Assembly: GCF_000039765.1 (NCBI RefSeq)
Contig: NC_004459.3
Location: forward strand, 1,110,001-1,142,000
Direction of reading: 5' to 3'
From: Vibrio vulnificus CMCP6
Lineage (GTDB): Bacteria > Pseudomonadota > Gammaproteobacteria > Enterobacterales > Vibrionaceae
DNA: 32,000 bases
Position numbers and translations under genes: made by a program. The notes beneath the pieces are model-generated. The model made no database searches and had not been told where the DNA came from. It saw only the letters and a list, made by a program, of their open reading frames with translations. Position 1 is the first letter of the stretch, and the number at the start of each line of letters is the position of its first letter. This document shows, one piece after another, positions 18,644-26,407 of the stretch.

Positions 18644-19345
18644 TTGTCTTACCCTGAAGCCGATGCTCTGACCGCCGAAGTGGTGGCGGAGTATCTTCAA
18701 GATCATGCCGATTTTTTTGTTCATCGTCCGGAGTTGGTCGACCGCTTGAACTTTCCGCACCCGGAGCAAGGTACCGTCTCCTTGGTGCATATTCAGCTGA
18801 ATCGTCAGCGTCAGCGTATCGAAGCGTTGGAAGAAGAGATCACGACCTTGATGTCTTTGGCAGCGAACAACGATCGCACCTTTTATGAGTTCATGGACCT
18901 GCAAGAGCAGATCCTGCGTTGCCGCGATTTTCAACAAGTAGTCAAAGCGATTGAGCAAAAAGCGCATGAGCTTGGTCTGGTGGCCTATGTGCGTTTGCTG
19001 AACCAATGTGAAGCAAAGCATCAACTGAGCATGGAAAACTATCAGCGTTTTGCCACCAACCATCTCAATGGCAAATCGGCGTATTTGGGCCGTCTGCGCA
19101 ACGCTGATCGCGAAGCGCTGTTTGGTGATTTACCTGTGCCAGAAATGGGCTCTTACGTGGTCTTGCCGCTGGTGAAGCAACATCCCCTTGGTTTGCTGGC
19201 GTTTTCCAGTGCCGACGGTGGTCATTTCCAACCGGAGATGGATACCTTGTTCTTACGTCATCTCTCATTAGTGGTGGCCCATTTAGCTCAAACCCTTGCC
19301 TGGCAATTGCAGCATGACGACAGCGTCAAACACACCACTGCCTAG
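18644..19345 (+). CDS. yigA: DUF484 family protein (YigA homologue)
   Basis: 233 aa. Probable TTG start with AGAGGAA upstream. ..EVVAEYLQDHADFFVHRPELV..FPHPEQGTVSLV.. parallels E. coli YigA. Conserved dapF-yigA-xerC position. Confidence 0.8.
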   Translation: MSYPEADALTAEVVAEYLQDHADFFVHRPELVDRLNFPHPEQGTVSLVHIQLNRQRQRIEALEEEITTLMSLAANNDRTFYEFMDLQEQILRCRDFQQVVKAIEQKAHELGLVAYVRLLNQCEAKHQLSMENYQRFATNHLNGKSAYLGRLRNADREALFGDLPVPEMGSYVVLPLVKQHPLGLLAFSSADGGHFQPEMDTLFLRHLSLVVAHLAQTLAWQLQHDDSVKHTTA

Positions 19346-20264
19346 TGGCCTGAGAAAGCCGCTTGATCAGTTCTACGAGTACTTGCGTGCGGAGAAAGGC
19401 TTAAGCCTGCACACCCAGCGCAACTACAAGCAGCAACTGGAAACCATGGCGGAACACTTACACAGCATGGGGCTCAAAGCGTGGCCGCAAGTGGACGCAG
19501 GTTGGGTGCGCCAACTGGCGGGCAAAGGGATGCGCGAGGGGATGAAGGCGAGCAGCATCGCGACGCGTCTGTCTTCGCTGCGCAGCTTCTTCGACTTTTT
19601 GATTTTGCGTGGCATCCTCACGGCCAATCCAGCCAAAGGGGTTTCGGCTCCGCGTAAAAAACGTCCTCTGCCCAAAAATCTCGATGTTGATGAAGTGAAT
19701 CAACTGCTTGAAGTGAATGAGGATGATCCGCTGGCCATCCGTGATCGCGCCATCATGGAGCTGATGTACGGTGCGGGATTGCGCTTGGCCGAATTGGTCG
19801 ATATCGATGTCCGTGATGTGCATTTGCGCAGTGGCGAAATTCGCGTGATCGGTAAAGGCAACAAAGAACGCAAAGTGCCTTTTGCTGGCATGGCGGTCGA
19901 GTGGGTCGGAAAATGGCTAAAAGTGCGCAGTGGTTTGGCAGACCCAAGTGAACCGGCGTTGTTTGTCTCGAAGCTGGGCACGCGCATTTCCCATCGCAGT
20001 GTGCAAAAGCGCATGGCGGAATGGGGTCAAAAACAAGCCGTGGCGAGCCATATTACGCCGCACAAACTGCGTCACTCATTTGCTACGCACATTCTCGAAT
20101 CGAGCAATAACCTGCGTGCGGTGCAAGAATTACTTGGTCACGAAAACATTTCGACCACGCAAATCTATACACACCTCGATTTCCAACATTTGGCCGATGT
20201 GTATGATCAAGCGCACCCAAGGGCGCGTAAAAAATCTTCTCAACACAAAGAGGAAGATGAATGA
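19314..20264 (+). CDS. xerC: Tyrosine site-specific recombinase XerC
   Basis: Start placed at ATG 19314, which overlaps the yigA end by 32 nt (TTG 19296 is an alternative). Near-colinear with E. coli XerC: ANPAKGVSAPRKKRPLPKNLDVDE, AIRDRAIMELMYGAGLRLAEL, HKLRHSFATH, LLGHENISTTQIYTHLDFQHLA. Confidence 0.9.
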   Translation: MTTASNTPLPSGLRKPLDQFYEYLRAEKGLSLHTQRNYKQQLETMAEHLHSMGLKAWPQVDAGWVRQLAGKGMREGMKASSIATRLSSLRSFFDFLILRGILTANPAKGVSAPRKKRPLPKNLDVDEVNQLLEVNEDDPLAIRDRAIMELMYGAGLRLAELVDIDVRDVHLRSGEIRVIGKGNKERKVPFAGMAVEWVGKWLKVRSGLADPSEPALFVSKLGTRISHRSVQKRMAEWGQKQAVASHITPHKLRHSFATHILESSNNLRAVQELLGHENISTTQIYTHLDFQHLADVYDQAHPRARKKSSQHKEEDE

Positions 20265-20977
20265 AACATTACCGCCCGCTGCAGCCGATCGCGGCAATGA
20301 CCTTCGACTTAGACGATACCTTGTATGATAACCGTCCGGTGATTGAACGCTTGGAGCGTGAGGTGTTGGCGTGGCTCGCCGCGCAGCATCCTGCGACACA
20401 AGTGATGAGTCATAGCGATTGGTCTCAGTTAAAGCGTGAAGTGGCGGCAAGCTCCCCGCAATTGCGCAGTGATGTGACGCAGCTGCGTCATCAGCAACTG
20501 ACCCAGGCATTTTTGCGTCTTGGGTACGATGTGGTGGCAGCGCAGCAAGCGGCGGATGAGGGTGTTGCGGTAGCGTTGTATTGGCGCAGCCAATTGGTAG
20601 TGCCATCAGAAACGCACCGTGTCATGAGATTACTGGCGGACAAGCTGCCTTTAGTGGCGATCACTAATGGTAACGTGGATGTCGCGGCGATCGGTTTGCA
20701 AGGCTACTTTCAAGCCATCTTAAAAGCGGGCCCTGATGGAGTGGCTAAACCAGCGGGCGATCTGTTCCAGCGTGCGGAGCAGATCTTGCAGTTGCCGGCG
20801 CAGCGCATTCTCCATGTTGGCGACCACTTGCTCTCGGATGTACATGGTGCCAATTTGCATGGTTTTATGTCGTGCTGGATCAATCCAAAGCAGATCAATC
20901 TACGTCAGCAAGCCAAAGCCAAAACTCTTCCTAATTTAGAAATCAATGAATTAAGTCAGTTACTCCTACTTTTGTAA
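20261..20977 (+). CDS. yigB: HAD-superfamily phosphatase YigB (5-amino-6-(5-phospho-D-ribitylamino)uracil phosphatase family)
   Basis: 238 aa. ATGA overlap with the xerC stop. [28 protein letters not shown].. parallels E. coli YigB ([28 protein letters not shown]..). Also contains LVAITNGN and [10 protein letters not shown]. Confidence 0.85.
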   Translation: [238 protein letters not shown]

Positions 20978-21010
20978 GCCCGCTCTCAATCCTATCAATC
21001 TTCCCCGCAT

Positions 21011-21039
21011 AACGCTGGTTTTGCTGGAAAAAGCATCAT
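21011..21039 (+). promoter_or_regulatory. Candidate sigma70 promoter of the FIST-GGDEF*-EAL gene
   Basis: TTGCTG (21011..21016), 17-bp spacer, TAGAAT (21034..21039), about 70 bp upstream of ATG 21107. Confidence 0.3.
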
Positions 21040-21106
21040 AAATTAGAATTCTCACAATTGGAACACGCAGGGTTTGCGCCCATTTGACGTCGGGGTTGAT
21101 ACGGAT

Positions 21107-23596
21107 ATGCAGACTTTCTCGTTCTGGGTCGAGGATCTTACGCAGTTGCAAGCGATGACCACCGATTATCGCTGGGATGCGCACAATACCTATTTGGTGC
21201 AGATTTTCTCCACTCAGACGGCCTCTATCACACAGGGATACGCACGGCATCTGTTGGCGCATTTGCCGAATGTGGACATCATTGGCCACAGTACGCAGCA
21301 CACCATTTATGGCGGTGAAATTTTAACCGGCGGGTGTTTGGTGGTGATCGCAGAATTTTGTCACACCACACTGACTTCGGCAGTGGTGTCCTATTCAGGA
21401 TCCGCAGAACTGGATGGTTACGATTTATACCAAGCATTGCAATTAACCCCCGCCAGCCGAGCGGTGATCAGCTTTTCCGTGCAAGTAGAGCGGCAAGATT
21501 ACCCGCTGTACGGCGCGTTCAATGAAGGTATCGCAACGCCAGTGTGTGGCGGTTTAGCACAAAGTGGCGCTGACGGATGTTGGGTGCTGCACCAAGACCA
21601 GCTCTACACGCAAGCAGTGGTGGCCGTGGCTTTGCACAGTGAACAGCTTAAAGTATGGACCAGCGCGTACTCAGAGTGGAACCCGGTTGGCATGTATCAT
21701 GCCGTTACGGCCGCCGAAGGGCAGCGTCTCATTTCTCTTGGCAATAAGCCGGCCTACGAGGTTTACAAGCGCTATTTGGCCGATGGTCATGAACTCTCGG
21801 CTAGCCATCTGCTCAATTTTCCGCTCTACCGAGAACGAGGCAAACACAAAGAGGTGTGTGCGGTACGTGAGATCCACCACGATGGCAGTATCTCTTTCGA
21901 TAAAACTTGGTCTATCGGCGATCAGGTGCGTTTTTGCTACAACCACCCTTCGTTAACTCTAGAGCAGCTCAAGCATGGCGTGGTGGAGCTGGCACTGCAT
22001 CAACCGGAAACGGTGTTTATCTACAACTGTGCGTCTCGGCTCGACTTTATCGATGGTTGCCAAGAAGTGGCGCCTTTTCATCAGATCACGACCAGTCACG
22101 GCAGCTACTGCATGGGTGAGTTGTATCACGACGGTCTACAGCAAGAGATTTTGCACCACAGTTTGACCTATCTGGCGATGCGCGAAAGCGATGAAGTGAC
22201 CGAACTCAAACTGCCCGCTGATGATGTCGACAGCACCATTTCACCGCTGTTTTGTTTGATTCGTAATGCGATTGCCGATCTCGACCAGGTGCAGTCCCAT
22301 ATGGAGTATCAACTAGAGCGGCAAACGCTGAAACTGCAAGAAAGTTATCGCCGTGACAGTCGCACAGGGTTACAAAATCGCATCGCCCTGAAAGAGTATT
22401 TGTCGACCATTCGCGATGATGAACATTTGTTGACCTTAAAGCTGCTCAACTTCAGCCACATCAATGAAAAGTATGGCTATCAAGTCGGCGATGAGCTGCT
22501 GCGTATGTTGTCGGTGAGTTTCTTAACTCGTCTCAGGCGGCGTTTGGGCAAACAGGCAGATATGCAGTTGTACAGCATTGGTGTTGGCGAGTGGGCATTT
22601 GTCTTTCGTGCTGAAATTTGTGGTGAGACCATCAAGCAGCAGTTTACCCGTTTTGCCGATGTGATTGAGCAGACTAACTTTGAACCGTCTGGCTTGGAAC
22701 AAGTGGATTACCTGTCAATTTCATTGTGCGGTGGCTTGGCCAGCCGGCGAGATTTTCCGCAAGCCAGTGGTGACGAACTGCTGCTCAAAGCGATTGAGGC
22801 GCGGCGCGCTGGAGTGCGTAGCAACACCCATATTTGCAACGCCAAAGACATTCAGGTGAGTGACGAGCGACGCAAAGAGCAACTGGCTTGGCTCAGTTGC
22901 GTCAGTCGGGCAATCTTGCAGCAAAATATCGTCACTTACGCGCAGCCTTTGTTTCACGCCGACGGCACCACTCCCTACTCACAAGAATGTTTGGTGCGAA
23001 TCGTCGAAAACGACGGACGCATTATTTTACCAGGGCAGTTTTTGCCAATTATTGCCGACACCCACCTCTATACCCGTTTGAGCCGCCATATGATTCAAAG
23101 CACCTTGAACTATATGCGAGAGAGAGACGGGATGTTTTCGATTAACCTTTCCCCGCAAGACCTGATGAGCGATAAAACCATGCTGCTATTGGAAACGGCG
23201 ATTCGTCAGCTCAATGACCCTAGCCGTATCGGTTTGGAGGTGTTGGAATCGGAGCAGATCAAAGATTATGGCCGGATGATTGAAGTGTGCAGCCATTTCC
23301 GTCAGTTGGGGGCGCGCATCATTGTTGACGACTTTGGCTCGGGTTACTCCAACATCGACGAAATTATTAAGCTTGAGCCAGACATCATCAAACTCGATGG
23401 CAGCTTGATCCGCAACATCGACCAAGACAGCAAACAGCGCAAGATCGCCAGTCAGTTGGTGCGCTTGTGTCAGGTGCTGGAAGCGAAAACGGTGGCGGAG
23501 TTTGTCCACAATCAGCAGGTGTGTGAAATCGCCCAAGACATGGGAGTGGATTACTTACAGGGCTATTATCTCGGCCAGCCAAGTCGTTTATTCTGA
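21107..23596 (+). CDS. cdpA: c-di-GMP phosphodiesterase with N-terminal FIST sensor region, degenerate GGDEF domain and EAL domain (CdpA-like)
   Basis: Start trimmed to ATG 21107; the track opens at TTG 21074. The N-terminal ~380 aa look FIST_N/FIST_C-like. The GGDEF-fold region carries GVGEW in place of GG(D/E)EF. The EAL domain retains catalytic positions ECLVRI, INLS, EVLE, DDFGSG, KLDG, EFVH, QGY. Symbol assigned from remembered V. cholerae synteny: it is the eighth gene after cyaA. Confidence 0.75.
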   Translation: MQTFSFWVEDLTQLQAMTTDYRWDAHNTYLVQIFSTQTASITQGYARHLLAHLPNVDIIGHSTQHTIYGGEILTGGCLVVIAEFCHTTLTSAVVSYSGSAELDGYDLYQALQLTPASRAVISFSVQVERQDYPLYGAFNEGIATPVCGGLAQSGADGCWVLHQDQLYTQAVVAVALHSEQLKVWTSAYSEWNPVGMYHAVTAAEGQRLISLGNKPAYEVYKRYLADGHELSASHLLNFPLYRERGKHKEVCAVREIHHDGSISFDKTWSIGDQVRFCYNHPSLTLEQLKHGVVELALHQPETVFIYNCASRLDFIDGCQEVAPFHQITTSHGSYCMGELYHDGLQQEILHHSLTYLAMRESDEVTELKLPADDVDSTISPLFCLIRNAIADLDQVQSHMEYQLERQTLKLQESYRRDSRTGLQNRIALKEYLSTIRDDEHLLTLKLLNFSHINEKYGYQVGDELLRMLSVSFLTRLRRRLGKQADMQLYSIGVGEWAFVFRAEICGETIKQQFTRFADVIEQTNFEPSGLEQVDYLSISLCGGLASRRDFPQASGDELLLKAIEARRAGVRSNTHICNAKDIQVSDERRKEQLAWLSCVSRAILQQNIVTYAQPLFHADGTTPYSQECLVRIVENDGRIILPGQFLPIIADTHLYTRLSRHMIQSTLNYMRERDGMFSINLSPQDLMSDKTMLLLETAIRQLNDPSRIGLEVLESEQIKDYGRMIEVCSHFRQLGARIIVDDFGSGYSNIDEIIKLEPDIIKLDGSLIRNIDQDSKQRKIASQLVRLCQVLEAKTVAEFVHNQQVCEIAQDMGVDYLQGYYLGQPSRLF

Positions 23597-23604
23597 GGGG
23601 TACG

Positions 23605-23636
23605 GGTTAGCCCTAGATGGAGCATCAGGGCTAACC
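23605..23636. terminator. Hairpin between convergent cdpA-like (+) and DTW (-) genes
   Basis: 10-bp stem GGTTAGCCCT / AGGGCTAACC with a 12-nt loop. No strong T-run on either side. Confidence 0.5.
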
Positions 23637-23645
23637 TCTGTGTTG

Positions 23646-24251
23646 TTAAGGCTCGCTTTTTAGCGCGTGGCCACTGCGATCGGCATGAAACGCCGCCAAA
23701 TAATGGCGCAGCAGTTCGGTCATTGACGTGGCGTTGTGTGCTTCACCGAGTTGTTTCACTAACTCTGCCGCAATCTCTAAGGTGCACAGGTTGCCTTGTT
23801 GCTGATTGCGTCTTAGTTGATAGTTCGACGCGCTGTCGCCGTGTAAAGCGAGCTGTGGCAGTGCTTTTAGCCACTCGCTTTTGTTGAGCATCTTTCGTGC
23901 TTCCTGCCATGTGGCATCAAGAATGATAAACAGTGGCTGGCGCTGGGTTTGCTGGGCGCGCTCTTTTATTTGAGTCAGGGTGATACTCTGTTCACTGGGG
24001 TAGAGCACCACAGGCATAAACTGCGCATCGCTAAGGAGATCCAATAACGCTTGCGGAGGCGCTGCGCGTTGCCAAACGAACTGGCGCACGGGCAAACGGC
24101 ACCAATGCAGTAATTTCCCGGTATTGGTTTCTCGCTCGACCTCATTGGGGTGCATCAATAGCACCAGTGCGACCTCACTTTGCAGTGATGGAAACTGGTC
24201 ACACAAGCATTGATAACGCAGCCCACACTGAGGGCAGGCTTGTGGCTTCAC
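23646..24251 (-). CDS. DTW-domain protein (TapT/YfiP-like tRNA-uridine aminocarboxypropyltransferase family)
   Basis: 201 aa. GTG start overlaps the upstream stop (GTGA). N-terminal Cys cluster CPQCGLRYQCLC and FIILDATWQEARKM (DTW motif) parallel my recollection of E. coli YfiP (CQRC...CLC, FIMLDGTWPEARKM). Confidence 0.8.
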   Translation of the reverse strand: MKPQACPQCGLRYQCLCDQFPSLQSEVALVLLMHPNEVERETNTGKLLHWCRLPVRQFVWQRAAPPQALLDLLSDAQFMPVVLYPSEQSITLTQIKERAQQTQRQPLFIILDATWQEARKMLNKSEWLKALPQLALHGDSASNYQLRRNQQQGNLCTLEIAAELVKQLGEAHNATSMTELLRHYLAAFHADRSGHALKSEP

Positions 24252-25798
24252 AGTTTCACTCCTTCGCGTACCGGGCTGATGCCATCAGAAAACAGTTCTA
24301 CCTGACTGATCTGCTCACCAAGCGCGACAGGCGCAACGCTCGGATTGAGTGGATAGCTAATACCATCATATTGCATCAGGTGTGACTGAGCTTTGGCGCC
24401 GCCGCCACTGACGTTGAAGATAAGATCTTGCCAGCCGTGGTTGCGTTGATTGCCGAGGTAAATCGGTGTGTTCACCAAGGTAATGCGGCTATTGAAGCGC
24501 CAAGTTTCTTGATGATTTTCAAAAATCAGCAGGGTACAGCCACCCGAGCCGCACCAATCCAATTGCGCCAGCAGTTCTTCTTTGCCATCTCCATTGAGAT
24601 CGTACGTTAGCCAGCGGTATTGGTTATTGCTTGGATCGGTTTTGTGCAGACGAAAATACTCACGTATTGCCTGATCAACATCGCGACGAAACTCCGCGCT
24701 GGAGGCTACGTTACGGGTGTCTGTGGGAACGGCAGTTTGAGTGGTGATGGGAGTGTCACTCATCATTTCACCTGCGGCGGCGGGATACAAAATCAGCCCC
24801 CCTTGAGCAATCGGATAGACCACCTTGCCGACTTTTTCCTTGTCCGCTTTCAGCTGTGAGCCCGTGCGGGTGAAAATGCGTTCGGTGACTAATTTTTGCC
24901 CCTGATGATGCGTCATCACGACTTGGATCTGGTTGGGATTGAGTTGCTGCCAGTAGCCTTTTTCCACCAAAGGACGCTCTTCATTGGCATAGAGATAACG
25001 CGTTTCAGCGCTGTGGTCTGCGTTGAGCTGCATGTGCACGCTAAAACCGGAAGATTGGGTTGAGGTGGCTGTGTACAAACCACCCCAACCGAGCGTGGCA
25101 TCGATGTTCGAGGTGGTGGCACAGCCAGATAGCTGGGTATCTTGCCAGTCAAGCGTTGCTTTCCATCCGTAAAGGCTGTTGCTCATGGTGTCTTTGCACA
25201 AATTTTCGCTGAGGAGCAATTGGCCGTCATCAAACTGATACTCGCGTTTTCGGGGGCTGAGTTGGCTGCGGCTAATCACACGCGTTTGCTCTTGTTTGCT
25301 CAGTTGCTTGATGGTCAGCTGATTGGCAGCAAAATCGATACGCCAGTTGGGCTCATTACCAAATGCTTGCGTTGGGCGAGCGGCTTGCTCGCAGCGGGTT
25401 GGGTTGCTGGCATCGACTAAGTTGAGTTGCTCCACCACAAACAACGCATCGTATTCCGAAGCAAAACCTTCATCACCGGTGGTTTTTAAATGGCCGATCA
25501 CTTCGCCATACATGGACTGATAGGGCAGGCTGGTCAGCGCCATCAATTGCTGACGTTGCTGAGCACTTAGCTGTAGCCAATATTGCTGCGTACTGCCGCA
25601 AGGTGTGATGTATTGTGCTTCATGGCCGACGACCAAACTGCCTGACAGCATAAAGCTCTGTGCGATCACCGACTCTGGCTGGCTGAGATTGGCCGTTGGC
25701 AGCACAGGAGCAGATTGAGTGGCGACGGGGGCGCTGGTTGAACACGCTTGTAACAGCAACAGTGTCGATAGGGCGACTGGGTTTTTAAACGCCTTCAT
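24248..25798 (-). CDS. Large multi-domain lipoprotein of unknown function
   Basis: 516 aa. Lipobox LLLLQAC|S. The central segment has AFGNEPNWRIDF, reminiscent of the GNEPFW-type lipoprotein domain (COG3650-like, from memory). The C-terminal segment has DLNGDGKEELLAQLDWCGSGGCTLLIF. Translationally coupled to the DTW gene. Confidence 0.7.
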   Translation of the reverse strand: MKAFKNPVALSTLLLLQACSTSAPVATQSAPVLPTANLSQPESVIAQSFMLSGSLVVGHEAQYITPCGSTQQYWLQLSAQQRQQLMALTSLPYQSMYGEVIGHLKTTGDEGFASEYDALFVVEQLNLVDASNPTRCEQAARPTQAFGNEPNWRIDFAANQLTIKQLSKQEQTRVISRSQLSPRKREYQFDDGQLLLSENLCKDTMSNSLYGWKATLDWQDTQLSGCATTSNIDATLGWGGLYTATSTQSSGFSVHMQLNADHSAETRYLYANEERPLVEKGYWQQLNPNQIQVVMTHHQGQKLVTERIFTRTGSQLKADKEKVGKVVYPIAQGGLILYPAAAGEMMSDTPITTQTAVPTDTRNVASSAEFRRDVDQAIREYFRLHKTDPSNNQYRWLTYDLNGDGKEELLAQLDWCGSGGCTLLIFENHQETWRFNSRITLVNTPIYLGNQRNHGWQDLIFNVSGGGAKAQSHLMQYDGISYPLNPSVAPVALGEQISQVELFSDGISPVREGVKL

Positions 25799-25839
25799 GT
25801 TATATCTTTCTCCATCTCTAAATCTGCTTGGACCGCATT

Positions 25840-26310
25840 ATGGCATATTGGTTGTTTAAAACTGAACCGGACACCTTTTCTATCGACACTTTACGCGTAC
25901 AAAAGGTTTCATGTTGGGAGGGAGTGCGAAATTATCAGGCAAGAAATATGCTGCGTGATGAGGTTAAAGAGGGCGATTGGGTGATGATTTACCACTCCTC
26001 GTGCAAGCAGGTTGGCGTGGCAGGGATCGCCAAAGTGGTTCGTGAAGCCTATCCCGATCATTTTCAATTTGATGCCAACAGCGACTATTACGACGCGAAA
26101 TCAACGCCAGAAAAACCGCGTTGGATAATGGTCGATGTGGAATTTGTGCGCAAAACCGAACGGGTGATCCCTTTGGCGGTGTTGAAAGCCATGCCCGAGT
26201 TGGAAAACATGCCATTGGTGAAAAAGGGCAATCGCTTGTCGGTGATGCCAGTGACGGAACAAGAATGGCAGGCAATTTTAACCAAAGAAAAACTGCCGAG
26301 CCGCCGTTAG
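25840..26310 (+). CDS. EVE-domain (PUA-like) protein
   Basis: Start trimmed to ATG 25840. MAYWLFKTEPDTFSIDTL...CWEGVRNYQARNMLRDEVKEGDWVMIYHS..VGVAGIAKVVREAYPD is the canonical stand-alone EVE pattern. Confidence 0.85.
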   Translation: MAYWLFKTEPDTFSIDTLRVQKVSCWEGVRNYQARNMLRDEVKEGDWVMIYHSSCKQVGVAGIAKVVREAYPDHFQFDANSDYYDAKSTPEKPRWIMVDVEFVRKTERVIPLAVLKAMPELENMPLVKKGNRLSVMPVTEQEWQAILTKEKLPSRR

Positions 26311-26362
26311 TCTTGCCGATGTGAAGCAAGGTTGGCTCAAATGAGTAACAGGTAAAAATAAA

Positions 26363-26387
26363 ACGGGGCAGCGTGACGCTGCCCCGT
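26363..26387 (-). terminator. Rho-independent terminator of yigL (may also stop the EVE transcript)
   Basis: 11-bp stem ACGGGGCAGCG / CGCTGCCCCGT with a 3-nt loop. On the minus strand it is followed by TTTTATTTTTACC. Confidence 0.8.
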
Positions 26388-26407
26388 GGTCATTGATGGT
26401 GCCGTAT

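Noticed and set aside
21004-21026. Sigma-54 type -24/-12 element (TGG...TTGC) upstream of the cdpA-like gene
   Set aside because: The GG-N10-GC spacing is not satisfied for either GG dinucleotide. A sigma70-like TTGCTG-N17-TAGAAT fits better.
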